Below are positions 1-9,496 of a DNA stretch of 32,000 nucleotides, piece after piece. This DNA comes from Demequinaceae bacterium (GTDB taxonomy: Bacteria > Actinomycetota > Actinomycetes > Actinomycetales > Demequinaceae), in contig OZ252279.1 in assembly GCA_965250005.1 (NCBI GenBank), forward strand, positions 1,080,001 through 1,112,000, given 5' to 3'. Both the position numbers and the translations under genes were made by a program. The notes beneath the pieces were generated by a model that saw only the letters and a program-made list of their open reading frames with translations, was not told the origin of the DNA and did no database searches. Position 1 is the first letter of the stretch, and every line of letters begins with the position of its first letter.

Positions 1-518
1 ATGCCTGCTTCCTCAAGCTCAGCGGGGACACTGAGCACGAATCCGCGCAGCATCCACACCGTGAACGGCAGCACCGCAGCGGTGTAGATGATCGTGACGC
101 CGATGACCGTGTTGAGCATGCCAAGTGACGCGATCATCTTGTATTGGGCGATGAACAGTGCCTCGGCGGGCAGCATCTGCACAATGAGGACGACGAGCAA
201 GAATGACCGCCGGCCACGGAAGCGGAACCGAGAGATGGCGAGCGCGGCGAAAAACGCGAATACAATCGCGACCAAAACGGTGATCCCCGTAATCGCCGCA
301 GAATTTCCGAGCGCGTTGAGGAAGCCGGAACTGAAGATGACGGTTCGGAAGTTGTCGAAGTCTCCCCCGAACGGCACGAAGGTGGGTTCGAGGCGAGTAA
401 GCGTGCCCTGTGACAGGAAAGACGAATTGATCATCCAATAGACGGGGAACGCCCAGCCGAGGGCAACGGCGATCGCGAAGCCTCCAACAATGAGGCGGGT
501 CTTGGGTCGACGAATCAT
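1..518 (-). CDS. carbohydrate ABC transporter permease (MalG/UgpE type), N-terminal part only; the 3' end lies beyond the window start
   Basis: Absent from the ORF track because no stop falls in the window. Manual reverse translation from the ATG (complement of 516-518) gives MIRRPKTRLIVGGFAIAVALGWAFPVYWMINSSFLSQGTLTRLEPTFVPFGGDF... It reaches the EAA-loop region (VPAELEEAG) at the window edge. The start forms an ATGA start/stop overlap with the upstream permease gene. Confidence 0.85.
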   Translation of the reverse strand, partial: MIRRPKTRLIVGGFAIAVALGWAFPVYWMINSSFLSQGTLTRLEPTFVPFGGDFDNFRTVIFSSGFLNALGNSAAITGITVLVAIVFAFFAALAISRFRFRGRRSFLLVVLIVQMLPAEALFIAQYKMIASLGMLNTVIGVTIIYTAAVLPFTVWMLRGFVLSVPAELEEAG

Positions 519-1486
519 GCTTGCTCGTCCTCCTTAAGTAGCTGACGGACGTAAGCCCAACTGAGCCCGATCGTAATAAACATGACGATGATGGCTGCGG
601 CCGACGCGAGCCCGAAATCTTGGGCTCCGGTTCCGAGTTTGTAGATGTAGGTGCCAAGGAGGTCATACCGCGAGCCGAACGACCCGGCATCTTGCAGAAG
701 TGTGATCTGCGCAAAGACGCGAAGGTCCCAAATGAGTTGCAGCAGAAACACGATCGCGAGCACGGGGCGAATGATGGGCAGCATGATCAGCCGGAGCATC
801 TTCCAGCCGTTTGCGCCGTCGATCTGCGCAGCCTCCAAGATCTCTTCGTTCACCGTTGTAAATCCGGCGTAGACGGAGAACGCGACAAAGGGCACGGACG
901 CCCAGACAATGATCATCGAGGCGACCATGAAGAAACTCCACGGTTCCACGAGCCAGTCATGACCAATCATGTCTACACCCGGGATGAGGCTAAGCAGGTG
1001 GTTGAATACGCCGTTACGTTTGTCTACCAACCATGTCCACACGGTCAGTTGAGCGACGATGGGCATGGCCCAAGCCAGCAGCATGGCGATCTGAAGAGTG
1101 ATGCGGGGCACGCGCGAGACGGCGCGCATGAGAACTGCGAGGCCGATCCCGAGGGCCATGGTCACGGTGGCTGTTGCCAGTGTGAAGGCAACGGATTTGG
1201 CGGTGATAAACCAGAATTCTCCGCCCGTAATGAGTTCTACGTAGTTCTGGAAGCCGACCCACGGCGCGGGCTGGCCAAACTGTTGCGAGAGACCGAACTC
1301 TTTGAAGGAGGTCACGATCTGCCAGATGAGTGGGTAGCCGGTGCCGACCAGCAGGATAATCGAGGCGCCGATGAGCAGCAGGTACGGGGTCTTCACGCGG
1401 CGCTTTTCGTTCTTGCGGCGGTTGTTTAGATTTTCCTCGGCGGCGACATCCTTTGTGCGGGACGGGCTGGCGGTGGGAGTGCCCAT
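515..1486 (-). CDS. carbohydrate ABC transporter permease (MalF/UgpA type)
   Basis: 323-aa ORF with about 6 hydrophobic segments and an EAA-loop motif (EEILEAAQIDGANGWKMLRLIMLPIIRP) typical of CUT1 sugar ABC permeases. It lies between a solute-binding protein gene and a second permease gene. Confidence 0.9.
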   Translation of the reverse strand: MGTPTASPSRTKDVAAEENLNNRRKNEKRRVKTPYLLLIGASIILLVGTGYPLIWQIVTSFKEFGLSQQFGQPAPWVGFQNYVELITGGEFWFITAKSVAFTLATATVTMALGIGLAVLMRAVSRVPRITLQIAMLLAWAMPIVAQLTVWTWLVDKRNGVFNHLLSLIPGVDMIGHDWLVEPWSFFMVASMIIVWASVPFVAFSVYAGFTTVNEEILEAAQIDGANGWKMLRLIMLPIIRPVLAIVFLLQLIWDLRVFAQITLLQDAGSFGSRYDLLGTYIYKLGTGAQDFGLASAAAIIVMFITIGLSWAYVRQLLKEDEQA

Positions 1487-1542
1487 ATTCCTACTCCTCC
1501 TTCCTTGATGATGAGAGGGGAAAGTTTGGTGTATTACACCCA

Positions 1543-1575
1543 GGTCGGGCCGCGGTTTTTGGCCGCGGCCCGACC
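1543..1575 (-). promoter_or_regulatory. intercistronic GC-rich stem-loop between the binding-protein and permease genes
   Basis: GGTCGGGCCGCGG (1543-1555) and CCGCGGCCCGACC (1563-1575) are perfect reverse complements, giving a 13-bp stem with a 7-nt loop. The element lies in the 110-bp gap between the SBP stop (1597) and the permease start (1486). No U-tract follows on the transcribed (minus) strand. Confidence 0.5.
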
Positions 1576-1596
1576 CGAGATAGTTCCTCTTGGCTA

Positions 1597-2904
1597 CTAG
1601 CCGTTGAGGAGCGGGTTGATCTTTTCGTCGTACTCGCTAGCGAGGTCGGCGATGTTTCCACCGTCGGCAACCGCCTGGAAGAACTCTTCCAGGAATCCGG
1701 AGCCTTCGACGGCAGCCCATCCGGGCGCTGCCGGGGTGAGCTTCGACACGAGTGCCGTGTCCCAAGCGATCTGACGGAAGTCGTCAGTCACGAAGGACGC
1801 TTCAGCGGACGAGTTGGCCGGGCCAAGCCCGTTCTCGCCAAGCATCGCCTGGAAGTCGTCAGAGAAGATGATGCGCAGTAGTTCGCGCGCACCCTCCTGG
1901 TTCTGCGACGCAGCGGAGATACCAATGTTGGATCCACCAGCGAACACCGGCGCAAGGCCGCCGTCCACACCAGGCAGGCCATAGGCGCCATTCACAGCGT
2001 CATCCCAAGCAACCTGACCATCTTCGCCACCCTCAACGGGGACTCCGATGCAGCACTTGGCCCATGTCGGGCCCATTGCAGCAGCAGCCGGCGTACCGGT
2101 CAGCGAGCCATCGTTGATAACGAAGTAGTTGTTGGCATCAGTGTCGTTCGCAGCTGCGACCGACGCGTCAGCGAACAGAGTCTGCCATGCAGCAAGACCG
2201 TCCTGTGTGGCCGAGCTAGACAGTGCCGACGTCCAAGTGGAGCCGTCCGTCGTTGCCAGGTCTCCACCGTGGGCGAAGATCCAGGAAATGGCGTTACGCC
2301 AGTCCTGACCACCCTGGTAGATGCCACCGAGGCCCTGATCCTTAAGCGACGCGTGGACCGTAGTGACCTCGTCGAGTGTGGTCGGCACTGAAACGCCGCC
2401 AGCCTCGTAGATGTCCTTGCGGTACCACATGTTGCGCGAGCCGAAGTAGTACGGCAGCGCGTAAAGGGTGCCGTCGATCGAACCAACGTCGACGAAGGAC
2501 TGTAGGAGGTCGGAGCCTCCGAGCTCTTCGTACATGTCGCTCACATCGGCGAACGCGCCGACCGTGGTGAACGTAGGTGCCCAGGTGTTGCCAATTTCGA
2601 CAACGTCAGGCGTGTTGGCCGAGTCAGGCATTGCGGTGGTCAGACGCGCCAATGCGTCTCCCCATCCGACAGCCTCAACCGTCAGCGTCGCGCCAGTGCG
2701 GTCCGCGTATTCGGTCTCAAGGTAGGACACGAGGTCCGCAGGAGTGTCAGGTCCACCCATGAGCCACAAGGTGATGTCTTGTGCTGGGACGGGTTCGGGC
2801 GTCTCACTAGGAGTCACCTCGTCGCCGCTACCGGATGAACATCCGGCAAGGATGATTGCCCCGGCGGCCGCAGTCGCGGCCACTTTCAGCTTCATCTGCT
2901 TCAT
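1597..2904 (-). CDS. sugar ABC transporter substrate-binding lipoprotein (family 1 extracellular solute-binding protein)
   Basis: The ORF 1597..2952 contains a signal peptide plus lipobox (MKQMKLKVAATAAAGAIILAGCSSGS). I place the start at the ATG at 2904, preceded by AAGGAA 7 nt upstream. Size and composition are typical of CUT1 SBPs. Operon order is SBP, permease, permease. Confidence 0.9.
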   Translation of the reverse strand: MKQMKLKVAATAAAGAIILAGCSSGSGDEVTPSETPEPVPAQDITLWLMGGPDTPADLVSYLETEYADRTGATLTVEAVGWGDALARLTTAMPDSANTPDVVEIGNTWAPTFTTVGAFADVSDMYEELGGSDLLQSFVDVGSIDGTLYALPYYFGSRNMWYRKDIYEAGGVSVPTTLDEVTTVHASLKDQGLGGIYQGGQDWRNAISWIFAHGGDLATTDGSTWTSALSSSATQDGLAAWQTLFADASVAAANDTDANNYFVINDGSLTGTPAAAAMGPTWAKCCIGVPVEGGEDGQVAWDDAVNGAYGLPGVDGGLAPVFAGGSNIGISAASQNQEGARELLRIIFSDDFQAMLGENGLGPANSSAEASFVTDDFRQIAWDTALVSKLTPAAPGWAAVEGSGFLEEFFQAVADGGNIADLASEYDEKINPLLNG

Positions 2905-3088
2905 TGCGATTTCCTTTGCATTTGTATTCAATCCATGACCCTGGTGGGTCACGTCATCCTACTGTTTTCAGGAGTCAAGAGACTCCCAGTTTGTCCGTCA
3001 GGACCATAACTACAACTCCGAGAAGAACGATGTCTCCCCCAAGCGCAGTCATCCGCACCGTCAGATCGCCATGAAAATCGGCCATCGT

Positions 3089-4186
3089 TCAGTCGCGGAG
3101 CGTGTCGGCGGTCCCCGTGGAAAACGGACCGTCGACAAGCTCGAGGGGGCCGCTCAATACGACTTCCCCCAAGTTTAAGGCGCCTACTACTGGCGCGAGT
3201 GCAATGCCTAGCCGTTCGCCTGCTGCGTGGAGCAGGTTCGCTCTGGCGTCGGCGTCCGGCGCGGCAGCGAGCTTGGCTTCGAGACGCGGGATCGCGACCA
3301 AGGTCTCGATGCAACCCTTCTTGCCGCAGGCGCAATCGTCGCCACCGTCGGTGCCAACTACGACGTGGCCAATCTCACCGGCGGCGAAAGAAGCACCGAA
3401 CACCGGGGAGCCGTCGGTGACGATTCCCGAACCGAGACCGCGGCCTATACGCACAAGCATCATGTCCGCGTTGCCGCCGCCAAAGGTCCGCTCGCCGAGC
3501 GCGGCGGTGTTGGCGTCGTTGGCGACTCGTACTGCGAAACCCGTACGTTCAGCGAGCAGGCGCTGCAGCGGCACGTCGAACCAGCCTAGGTTCGGGGCAG
3601 ACAACACTGTTCCAGACAGGTCGACCACACCCGGAGAGCCGACGCCCACGCCGAGCACCGGTTTGGTGGTCGAGGCGACGAGGCGGTCGAGCAGTTCGGC
3701 AACTGCGTCGATGGCGCGGTCCCCGGTGGTGCCATCCACCTCGACGCTGTCGTGGTGGGAGATGCGGCCGTCTAGGTCTATGACCGCGCCGCTGAACTGG
3801 GTTGAGGAAGACAAGTCGAGGCCGATGATCGCAAAACCACGGCGGTTGATGTCGAGCATTGTCGCTGGCTTGCCGGGGCGAGAGTCGGCGCGGCGGCCGA
3901 ACTCAATCACGAGATCTTCATTGATCAACTGCGCAACGAGATCGGAGATAGTGACGCGCGTGAGACCCACTTCGCGTGCGAGGTCTGCGCGGCTGAGGCC
4001 CTTAGAGCGGTAGAGGGCCTGAAGTACGAGGACGCGATTGTGGCTGCGTGCGTTCTCGGGAAGAACGCGGCTACCGGCCTTCACGCTTGACGCGAATACC
4101 TTGGATCGCACCGGCGTCGCGGAGCCTGCAATTAACTGTTGGACGCCGCCAAGGGCAGGACGCCCTTGCGCTTCCCCGTTGATCAT
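3089..4186 (-). CDS. ROK-family transcriptional regulator (NagC/XylR-like repressor)
   Basis: N-terminal winged-HTH region (NRVLVLQALYRSKGLSRADLAREVGLTRVTISDLVAQLI). Glycine-rich sugar-kinase-like fold (GVGVGSPGVVD). ROK zinc motif CACGKKGCIE. Lies directly upstream of and co-oriented with the sugar ABC operon. The exact start is uncertain because no clear SD precedes 4186. Confidence 0.85.
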   Translation of the reverse strand: MINGEAQGRPALGGVQQLIAGSATPVRSKVFASSVKAGSRVLPENARSHNRVLVLQALYRSKGLSRADLAREVGLTRVTISDLVAQLINEDLVIEFGRRADSRPGKPATMLDINRRGFAIIGLDLSSSTQFSGAVIDLDGRISHHDSVEVDGTTGDRAIDAVAELLDRLVASTTKPVLGVGVGSPGVVDLSGTVLSAPNLGWFDVPLQRLLAERTGFAVRVANDANTAALGERTFGGGNADMMLVRIGRGLGSGIVTDGSPVFGASFAAGEIGHVVVGTDGGDDCACGKKGCIETLVAIPRLEAKLAAAPDADARANLLHAAGERLGIALAPVVGALNLGEVVLSGPLELVDGPFSTGTADTLRD

Positions 4187-4306
4187 GTTTGTTAGTGAAA
4201 CTTACCAACTAACCGTCGTCAAGCCCGATCTACCCCAATGCCTATAAAGTTACGCGGTTGTGACCTTGCGAGGCGTAACTCGGAATATGCCCAACGCACG
4301 TCCGAT

Positions 4307-5293
4307 CTAAAGGAGCCCAAGCTCCTTGACGGCATCGCGCTCCTCGGCGAGTTCCGCGACCGAGGCGTCGATCTTGCCACGCGCGTAGTCGTCGATCTCG
4401 AGTCCCTGAACGATTTCCCAGGCTCCACCCTTAGAGACTGCGGGGAACGACGAGATAAGTCCATCGGGTACGCCGTAGGAGCCGTCCGAGGGCAGCGCCA
4501 CCGAGGTCCACTCGCCGTTCGGGGTGCCGTTAGTCCAGTTGTTGACGTGTTCCATCGCCGCGTTCGCTGCCGAGGCGGCGGAGGAAGCGCCGCGAGCCTC
4601 AATTATCGCCGCGCCGCGCTTGGCAACGACGGGAACGAACTCGTCCCTAACCCAGTCCTGGTCGTTGATGACTCCCGGCGCAGGCTTGCCGCCGATGGTC
4701 GCGTGGGCAATGTCCGGGTACTGCTTGGCAGAGTGGTTGCCCCAGATGATCACGTTCTTCACGCCAACCACCGGTGACCCTGACTTGGCCGCGAGCTGCC
4801 CCAATGCGCGGTTGTGGTCAAGGCGCGTCATCGCATTGAACCGTTCGGACGGCACATCGGGCGCGTTTGACGCGGCGATGAGGGCATTGGTGTTCGCTGG
4901 GTTCCCAACCACCAGTATCCGTACGTCGTCCGCCGCCCCTGCGTTGATCGCGGCTCCCTGCGGTCCGAAGATGCCGCCGTTGGCCTCGAGCAGGTCAGCA
5001 CGCTCCATTCCGGGGCCGCGTGGCCGCGCCCCCACGAGCAGGCCAACATTCGCTCCATCGAAAGCTGCGGTGGCGTCATCGTAGATGTCCACGCAAGACA
5101 ACAGCGGGAATGCGCAATCCTCAAGCTCCATCGCAGTGCCCTCGGCCGCTTTGATAGCCGGCGTGATCTCGAGCAGGCGCAGGTTGACAGGGACCTCGGG
5201 CCCCAGCAGTTGACCTGACGCGACGCGAAACAATAGCGCATAGCCGATCTGACCGGCGGCGCCGGTCACCGTGACGTTTACGGGTGCTGTCAT
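4307..5293 (-). CDS. mdh: malate dehydrogenase (NAD-dependent, cytosolic-type about 328 aa)
   Basis: [22 protein letters not shown] Rossmann motif, IWGNHS catalytic region, and high overall resemblance to actinobacterial Mdh. The start is chosen at the ATG at 5293 with GGAGG upstream. The longer ORF to 5434 would overlap icd. Confidence 0.95.
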   Translation of the reverse strand: MTAPVNVTVTGAAGQIGYALLFRVASGQLLGPEVPVNLRLLEITPAIKAAEGTAMELEDCAFPLLSCVDIYDDATAAFDGANVGLLVGARPRGPGMERADLLEANGGIFGPQGAAINAGAADDVRILVVGNPANTNALIAASNAPDVPSERFNAMTRLDHNRALGQLAAKSGSPVVGVKNVIIWGNHSAKQYPDIAHATIGGKPAPGVINDQDWVRDEFVPVVAKRGAAIIEARGASSAASAANAAMEHVNNWTNGTPNGEWTSVALPSDGSYGVPDGLISSFPAVSKGGAWEIVQGLEIDDYARGKIDASVAELAEERDAVKELGLL

Positions 5294-5319
5294 GATGCTG
5301 CCTCCAGAGGTAGGGCGGG

Positions 5320-6537
5320 TTACGCGAGCCGTGCGGACAAGTTGGTGTCGAGCGCGCCCAGGAACTCCTGGGTGGTGAGCCACTCTTGGTCGCGCCCAAC
5401 GAGCAGTGCGAGGTCCTTTGTCATCTGCCCGCACTCGACGGTTTTGATGATGACATCCTCGAGGGTCTCAGCGAAGCCGGTGACTTCAGGCTGAGAGTCC
5501 AACTTGCCTCGGTGCTTGAGCCCGCCAGTCCACGCAAAAATGGATGCGATGGGGTTGGTCGAGGTTGGGTTGCCCTGCTGGTGCTCACGATAGTGGCGGG
5601 TCACTGTGCCGTGCGCTGCCTCGGCCTCGACCGTCTTGCCGTCTGGCGTCATCAGCACAGACGTCATGAGGCCAAGCGAGCCGAAGCCCTGCGCGACCGT
5701 GTCGGATTGGACGTCGCCGTCGTAGTTCTTGCAGGCCCAGACGTAGCCGCCCTCCCACTTCATTGCGGCAGCGACCATGTCATCGATCAGGCGGTGCTCG
5801 TACGTGATTCCCGCTTTGTTGAACTGGTCCTTGAACTCCGTGTCAAATATGTGTTGAAAGATGTCCTTGAACGCGCCATCGTATGCCTTGAGGATGGTGT
5901 TCTTGGTGGACATGTAGACGGGGTAGCCCCGCTGCAGGCCGTACGCGAGCGAGGCGCGAGCGAAGTCAGCGATCGACTCGTTGAAATTGTACATGCCCAT
6001 GATGACGCCGCCGTCCTCTGGCATCTGCACAATCTCCATCTCGACTGGAGCGGAGCCGTCCTTGGGCGTGTAGGTCATGGTCACTGTGCCAGCGCCGGGT
6101 ACCTTGTAGTCCGTCGCGCGGTACTGGTCGCCGTGAGCGTGACGACCGATGATGATCGGCTTGGTCCACCCCGGTACCAGGCGGGGAATGTTCGAGATGA
6201 TGATCGGCTCGCGGAACACCACGCCACCCAGAATGTTGCGGATGGTTCCGTTGGGCGACCTCCACATCTTCTTCAGGCCGAACTCCTCGACGCGCGCTTC
6301 GTCGGGCGTGATGGTGGCGCACTTGACGCCCACCCCGTGCTCCCTAATTGCATTAGCAGCGTCGACGGTGATCTGGTCATCAGACTGATCGCGCGAGACC
6401 ATGCCCAGGTCGTAGTAGCGCAGGTCCACGTCAAGATACGGGCTGATCAGGCGGTCCTTGATGAACTGCCAAATAATCCGGGTCATCTCGTCCCCGTCGA
6501 GCTCAACTACCGGACCATCAACCTTGATCTTCGCCAT
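5320..6537 (-). CDS. icd: NADP-dependent isocitrate dehydrogenase (homodimeric, eukaryote-like subfamily, 405 aa)
   Basis: N-terminus [31 protein letters not shown] and length are characteristic of subfamily II IDH. The stop is 26 bp upstream of the mdh start. Confidence 0.95.
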   Translation of the reverse strand: MAKIKVDGPVVELDGDEMTRIIWQFIKDRLISPYLDVDLRYYDLGMVSRDQSDDQITVDAANAIREHGVGVKCATITPDEARVEEFGLKKMWRSPNGTIRNILGGVVFREPIIISNIPRLVPGWTKPIIIGRHAHGDQYRATDYKVPGAGTVTMTYTPKDGSAPVEMEIVQMPEDGGVIMGMYNFNESIADFARASLAYGLQRGYPVYMSTKNTILKAYDGAFKDIFQHIFDTEFKDQFNKAGITYEHRLIDDMVAAAMKWEGGYVWACKNYDGDVQSDTVAQGFGSLGLMTSVLMTPDGKTVEAEAAHGTVTRHYREHQQGNPTSTNPIASIFAWTGGLKHRGKLDSQPEVTGFAETLEDVIIKTVECGQMTKDLALLVGRDQEWLTTQEFLGALDTNLSARLA

Positions 6538-6693
6538 GAATCTGTCTCCTTTAGGGCGCGCGCCAGTGATAGACCTACGTTAGTCCACCCGGAAGGGGGC
6601 GGATGCGCGGCCAGATTGTTCACCCTTGCGACTGGTTGACGTGGCAGGATATGCCGAGAGGCGAACTGATCGCCGCAAACAGAACGGAATTCC

Positions 6694-7566
6694 ATGGCAA
6701 CGAAGCCCACACCCGCGGCTGGCGCGAAGAAGAAGCCCGCAGCAAAATCCAAGGCAACCGCCAAGTTCGAAGAGGACATGGCCAAGTCGTCCTTCTCTGC
6801 CGCCGACGCAGCCGGCTCGACCATCGCCGGCCGCCTGATCGCCGAGTTCATCGGAACGTTCATCCTCATGATTATGGGGCTGGGCACCGCGATGCTTGCG
6901 GCGCTGGTCATTCCGTCCGTCGCGCCACTCGCGGTCGCGGCAGCGTTTGCCGTTACGCTCGTCGCTCTCATCGTGGCGGCCGGCCACGTGTCCGGAGCCC
7001 ACTTCAACCCGGGCGTGACAATTGGCGCGTGGATCGCGGGTCGATTTGCGGGTCGCGACGTGCTCCTCTATATCGCGGTTCAGGTCCTAGGCGCCGTCAC
7101 GGCAGTGACCACACTCAAGACGATCATGAGTAGCCACCCGAATATCGACGCGGGGGCGGGATCAACTCAAAGCGTAGATCTTGTGCAAGCCATCGCAATC
7201 ACGCACGGTGATAGTTCGCCCCTCGGGTTCGGCTTGGGTGCAGCTCTGGCTGTCGAGTTCCTGGTTGCCGGCCTCTTGGTGGCCGCAGTGCTGAGCGCAA
7301 CGTCCAAGCGCGCTCCGAAAGGGCAGGCTCCCTTCACTATCGGCATGACGCTCGGAATCCTCGTGCTCTTCGCGATTCCCGTGACCAACGGTTCGGTGAA
7401 TCCCGCCCGCGCCACGGCAACGTGGCTGCTCGGTGACGACCGGAGCTGGGAGCAGTTCTGGCCGTGGTGGGTTGCGGCTCTTGCTGCCGGCGCCTTCGTG
7501 GGACTCATGTACCGGGCGTTCGGGCCGGAAGAGGACCTAGTCGAAGTCACTGACTCCGACAATTAA
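6694..7566 (+). CDS. MIP/aquaporin-family channel (AqpZ-like) with a Lys/Ala-rich N-terminal extension
   Basis: AEFIGTFILM helix 1, first half-helix motif HFNPGVTIG (NPG rather than NPA), and second motif IPVTNGSVNPARAT. Six hydrophobic segments. An alternative start at ATG 6778 would remove the KKKPAAKSKATAK tail. Confidence 0.85.
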   Translation: MATKPTPAAGAKKKPAAKSKATAKFEEDMAKSSFSAADAAGSTIAGRLIAEFIGTFILMIMGLGTAMLAALVIPSVAPLAVAAAFAVTLVALIVAAGHVSGAHFNPGVTIGAWIAGRFAGRDVLLYIAVQVLGAVTAVTTLKTIMSSHPNIDAGAGSTQSVDLVQAIAITHGDSSPLGFGLGAALAVEFLVAGLLVAAVLSATSKRAPKGQAPFTIGMTLGILVLFAIPVTNGSVNPARATATWLLGDDRSWEQFWPWWVAALAAGAFVGLMYRAFGPEEDLVEVTDSDN

Positions 7567-7578
7567 GACGCGCATGAT

Positions 7579-7609
7579 CGAGACCGGTCGACGGCGTCGG
7601 CCGGTCTCG
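7579..7609. terminator. GC-rich hairpin between convergent genes (candidate bidirectional terminator)
   Basis: CGAGACCGG (7579-7587) pairs with CCGGTCTCG (7601-7609), and the loop can extend the stem (TCGAC/GTCG). It sits between the aquaporin stop (7566) and the stop of the minus-strand membrane protein (7636). No clear U-tract. Confidence 0.45.
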
Positions 7610-7635
7610 CTTGCGCCTCGGGCCACGCGACCGAT

Positions 7636-7932
7636 CTAACCGAGCGCGGCGGTCGCCGCAAGAAACCCGAGCCCCGCGCCAAGAACCAGCAGAATCGTGA
7701 CGTCCACGAATCGGCGACGGACAGCAAGCGGAGAGTTCTCGGGAATCCAGACTCGCGCGGCTGCTGCCGCCACACACAGACCCGCGAGCGTCCACACCCC
7801 TGCGGCCGGGCTGCCCCAGACCGCGACGAGGACTCCTGCTGCGACCACCCCGAGCGCAGCCCAACTGAGCCGCGACGGAGGCGACTGATACGGGGTGCGG
7901 TCCGCGGGCTCGGCGGGCGTGTTGGTTGACAT
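7636..7932 (-). CDS. small integral membrane protein (DUF3017-like by size, topology and position next to purH)
   Basis: 98 aa with three hydrophobic segments and a 4-bp gap after the purH stop, so probably co-transcribed with purNH. The family assignment comes from remembered synteny in Actinobacteria, not from a search. Confidence 0.6.
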   Translation of the reverse strand: MSTNTPAEPADRTPYQSPPSRLSWAALGVVAAGVLVAVWGSPAAGVWTLAGLCVAAAAARVWIPENSPLAVRRRFVDVTILLVLGAGLGFLAATAALG

Positions 7933-7936
7933 GCGG

Positions 7937-9496
7937 CTAGTGGAAGAAGTGACGGGTGCCGGTGAGGTACAGCGTGATGCCGGCAGACTGGGCTGCGGCA
8001 GTCACCTCGTCATCACGAACCGACCCGCCTGGTTGGACGATCGCAGCGACGCCCGCGTTCGCGAGCACTTCGAGCCCGTCGGCGAACGGGAAGAAGGCGT
8101 CTGACGCTGCCACGGCACCGCGAGCGCGTTCCTCTCCCGCGCGCTCGACGGCGAGCTTGCACGAGTCCACGCGGTTGACTTGTCCCATCCCTACCCCGAC
8201 GGACGCGCCGTTTTTGGCAAGGAGGATCGCATTCGACTTGACCGCGCGGCACGCGCGCCACGCGAATACCAGGTCCGCTAGTGCGGCTTCGTTTGCCGCC
8301 ACGCCCGTCGCGAGCGTCCACGTGAACGGGTCGTCGCCGTCTGCGTGGAGACGGTCAGCGTACTGAAGTAGCAGTCCGCCCGTAACCGGGCGCATCTCGA
8401 CCCCACCGCGGCTGCCCTCGACTACGAGGAGTCGCACGTTTTTCTTGGCCTGCAGGATCGCGAGAGCCTCGGGTTCGAACGACGGCGCGACCACGACCTC
8501 GGTGAACACCTTGGCGATCTGCTCGGCTGCTGCGGCCGTGAGTTCGCGGTTGGTGGCAATGACGCCGCCAAACGCGGACACCGGATCGCACGCGTGTGCG
8601 CGTTCGTGCGCCTGCGCGACGCTGTCCCCGACGGCGATGCCGCAGGGGTTTGCGTGCTTGATGATGGCGACGGCGGTCTGCTCGTGGTCGTGCGCCGCGC
8701 GCCAGGCGGCATCGGCGTCCACATAATTGTTGTACGACATTTCCTTGCCGTGAAGCTGAGTGGCGTTGGCGACGCCCTCTCCCCCATACTCGTTCACGAA
8801 CAACGCCGCTGGCTGGTGAGGGTTCTCCCCGTACCGCAGCGACGCGCGGCGAGTGGCGCTCCACGCGACCCACGCGGGGAAGCCGGTTCCCTCGTCATCC
8901 TTAGCAACCACGTTGCCCATCCACGACGCGACCTGGATGTCATAGCTCGCGGTGTGGCGGAACGCCTCGACTGCGAGCGCTTGGCGCTCCGCGAGCGTGA
9001 AGCCGCCGGCTGCGATTGCGGCGAGTACCGCGCCGTACTCGTCAGGGTTCACGACGATCGCGACGCTCGGGTGGTTCTTCGCCGCGCCACGAACCATTGA
9101 CGGTCCGCCGATGTCAATCTGCTCGATCACGTCGTCTGAGGATGCGCCCGAGGCAACCGTCTGGGCAAAGGGGTAGAGGTTGGAAACCACCAGGTCGAAC
9201 GGCTCGATCTCAAGACTCGCGAGCTGCGACACGTGGGACTCGAGGCGGCGGTCCGCGAGGATACCCGCATGGACCTTGGGGTGGAGAGTCTTGACCCGCC
9301 CATCGAGGCACTCGGGGAATCCGGTGAGGTCTTCAACTTTGAGCACGTCGATCCCGGCATCGGAGATACGCTGCGCCGTCGAGCCGGTTGACACCAGGGC
9401 GACGCCCGCGGCGGCCAAGCCAGCCGCAAACTCCTCGATCCCCGTCTTGTCGTACACAGATATTAGGGCCCGGCGCACGGGCTGCCGCTCACTCAT
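7937..9496 (-). CDS. purH: bifunctional AICAR formyltransferase / IMP cyclohydrolase
   Basis: [33 protein letters not shown] and C-terminal [10 protein letters not shown]; 519 aa, typical of PurH. Confidence 0.97.
   Translation of the reverse strand: MSERQPVRRALISVYDKTGIEEFAAGLAAAGVALVSTGSTAQRISDAGIDVLKVEDLTGFPECLDGRVKTLHPKVHAGILADRRLESHVSQLASLEIEPFDLVVSNLYPFAQTVASGASSDDVIEQIDIGGPSMVRGAAKNHPSVAIVVNPDEYGAVLAAIAAGGFTLAERQALAVEAFRHTASYDIQVASWMGNVVAKDDEGTGFPAWVAWSATRRASLRYGENPHQPAALFVNEYGGEGVANATQLHGKEMSYNNYVDADAAWRAAHDHEQTAVAIIKHANPCGIAVGDSVAQAHERAHACDPVSAFGGVIATNRELTAAAAEQIAKVFTEVVVAPSFEPEALAILQAKKNVRLLVVEGSRGGVEMRPVTGGLLLQYADRLHADGDDPFTWTLATGVAANEAALADLVFAWRACRAVKSNAILLAKNGASVGVGMGQVNRVDSCKLAVERAGEERARGAVAASDAFFPFADGLEVLANAGVAAIVQPGGSVRDDEVTAAAQSAGITLYLTGTRHFFH

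Noticed and set aside
19-1429. ORFs 19..714 (minus), 620..1429 (plus) and smaller ones overlapping the permease genes
   Set aside because: These are alternative or antisense frames of two clear ABC permease genes, with Arg/His/Pro-rich translations and no motifs.
3102-4013. 303-aa plus-strand ORF antisense to the ROK regulator
   Set aside because: Ser/Pro/Ala/Arg-rich shadow frame. The ROK frame carries the HTH and the CxCGxxGCxE zinc motif.
5386-6639. 417-aa plus-strand ORF covering the whole icd locus
   Set aside because: It is antisense to an unmistakable icd gene. Its translation is Arg/Ala/Val/Gly/Asp-rich with no recognisable motif. Long stop-free antisense frames are an expected artefact of GC3-rich coding DNA.
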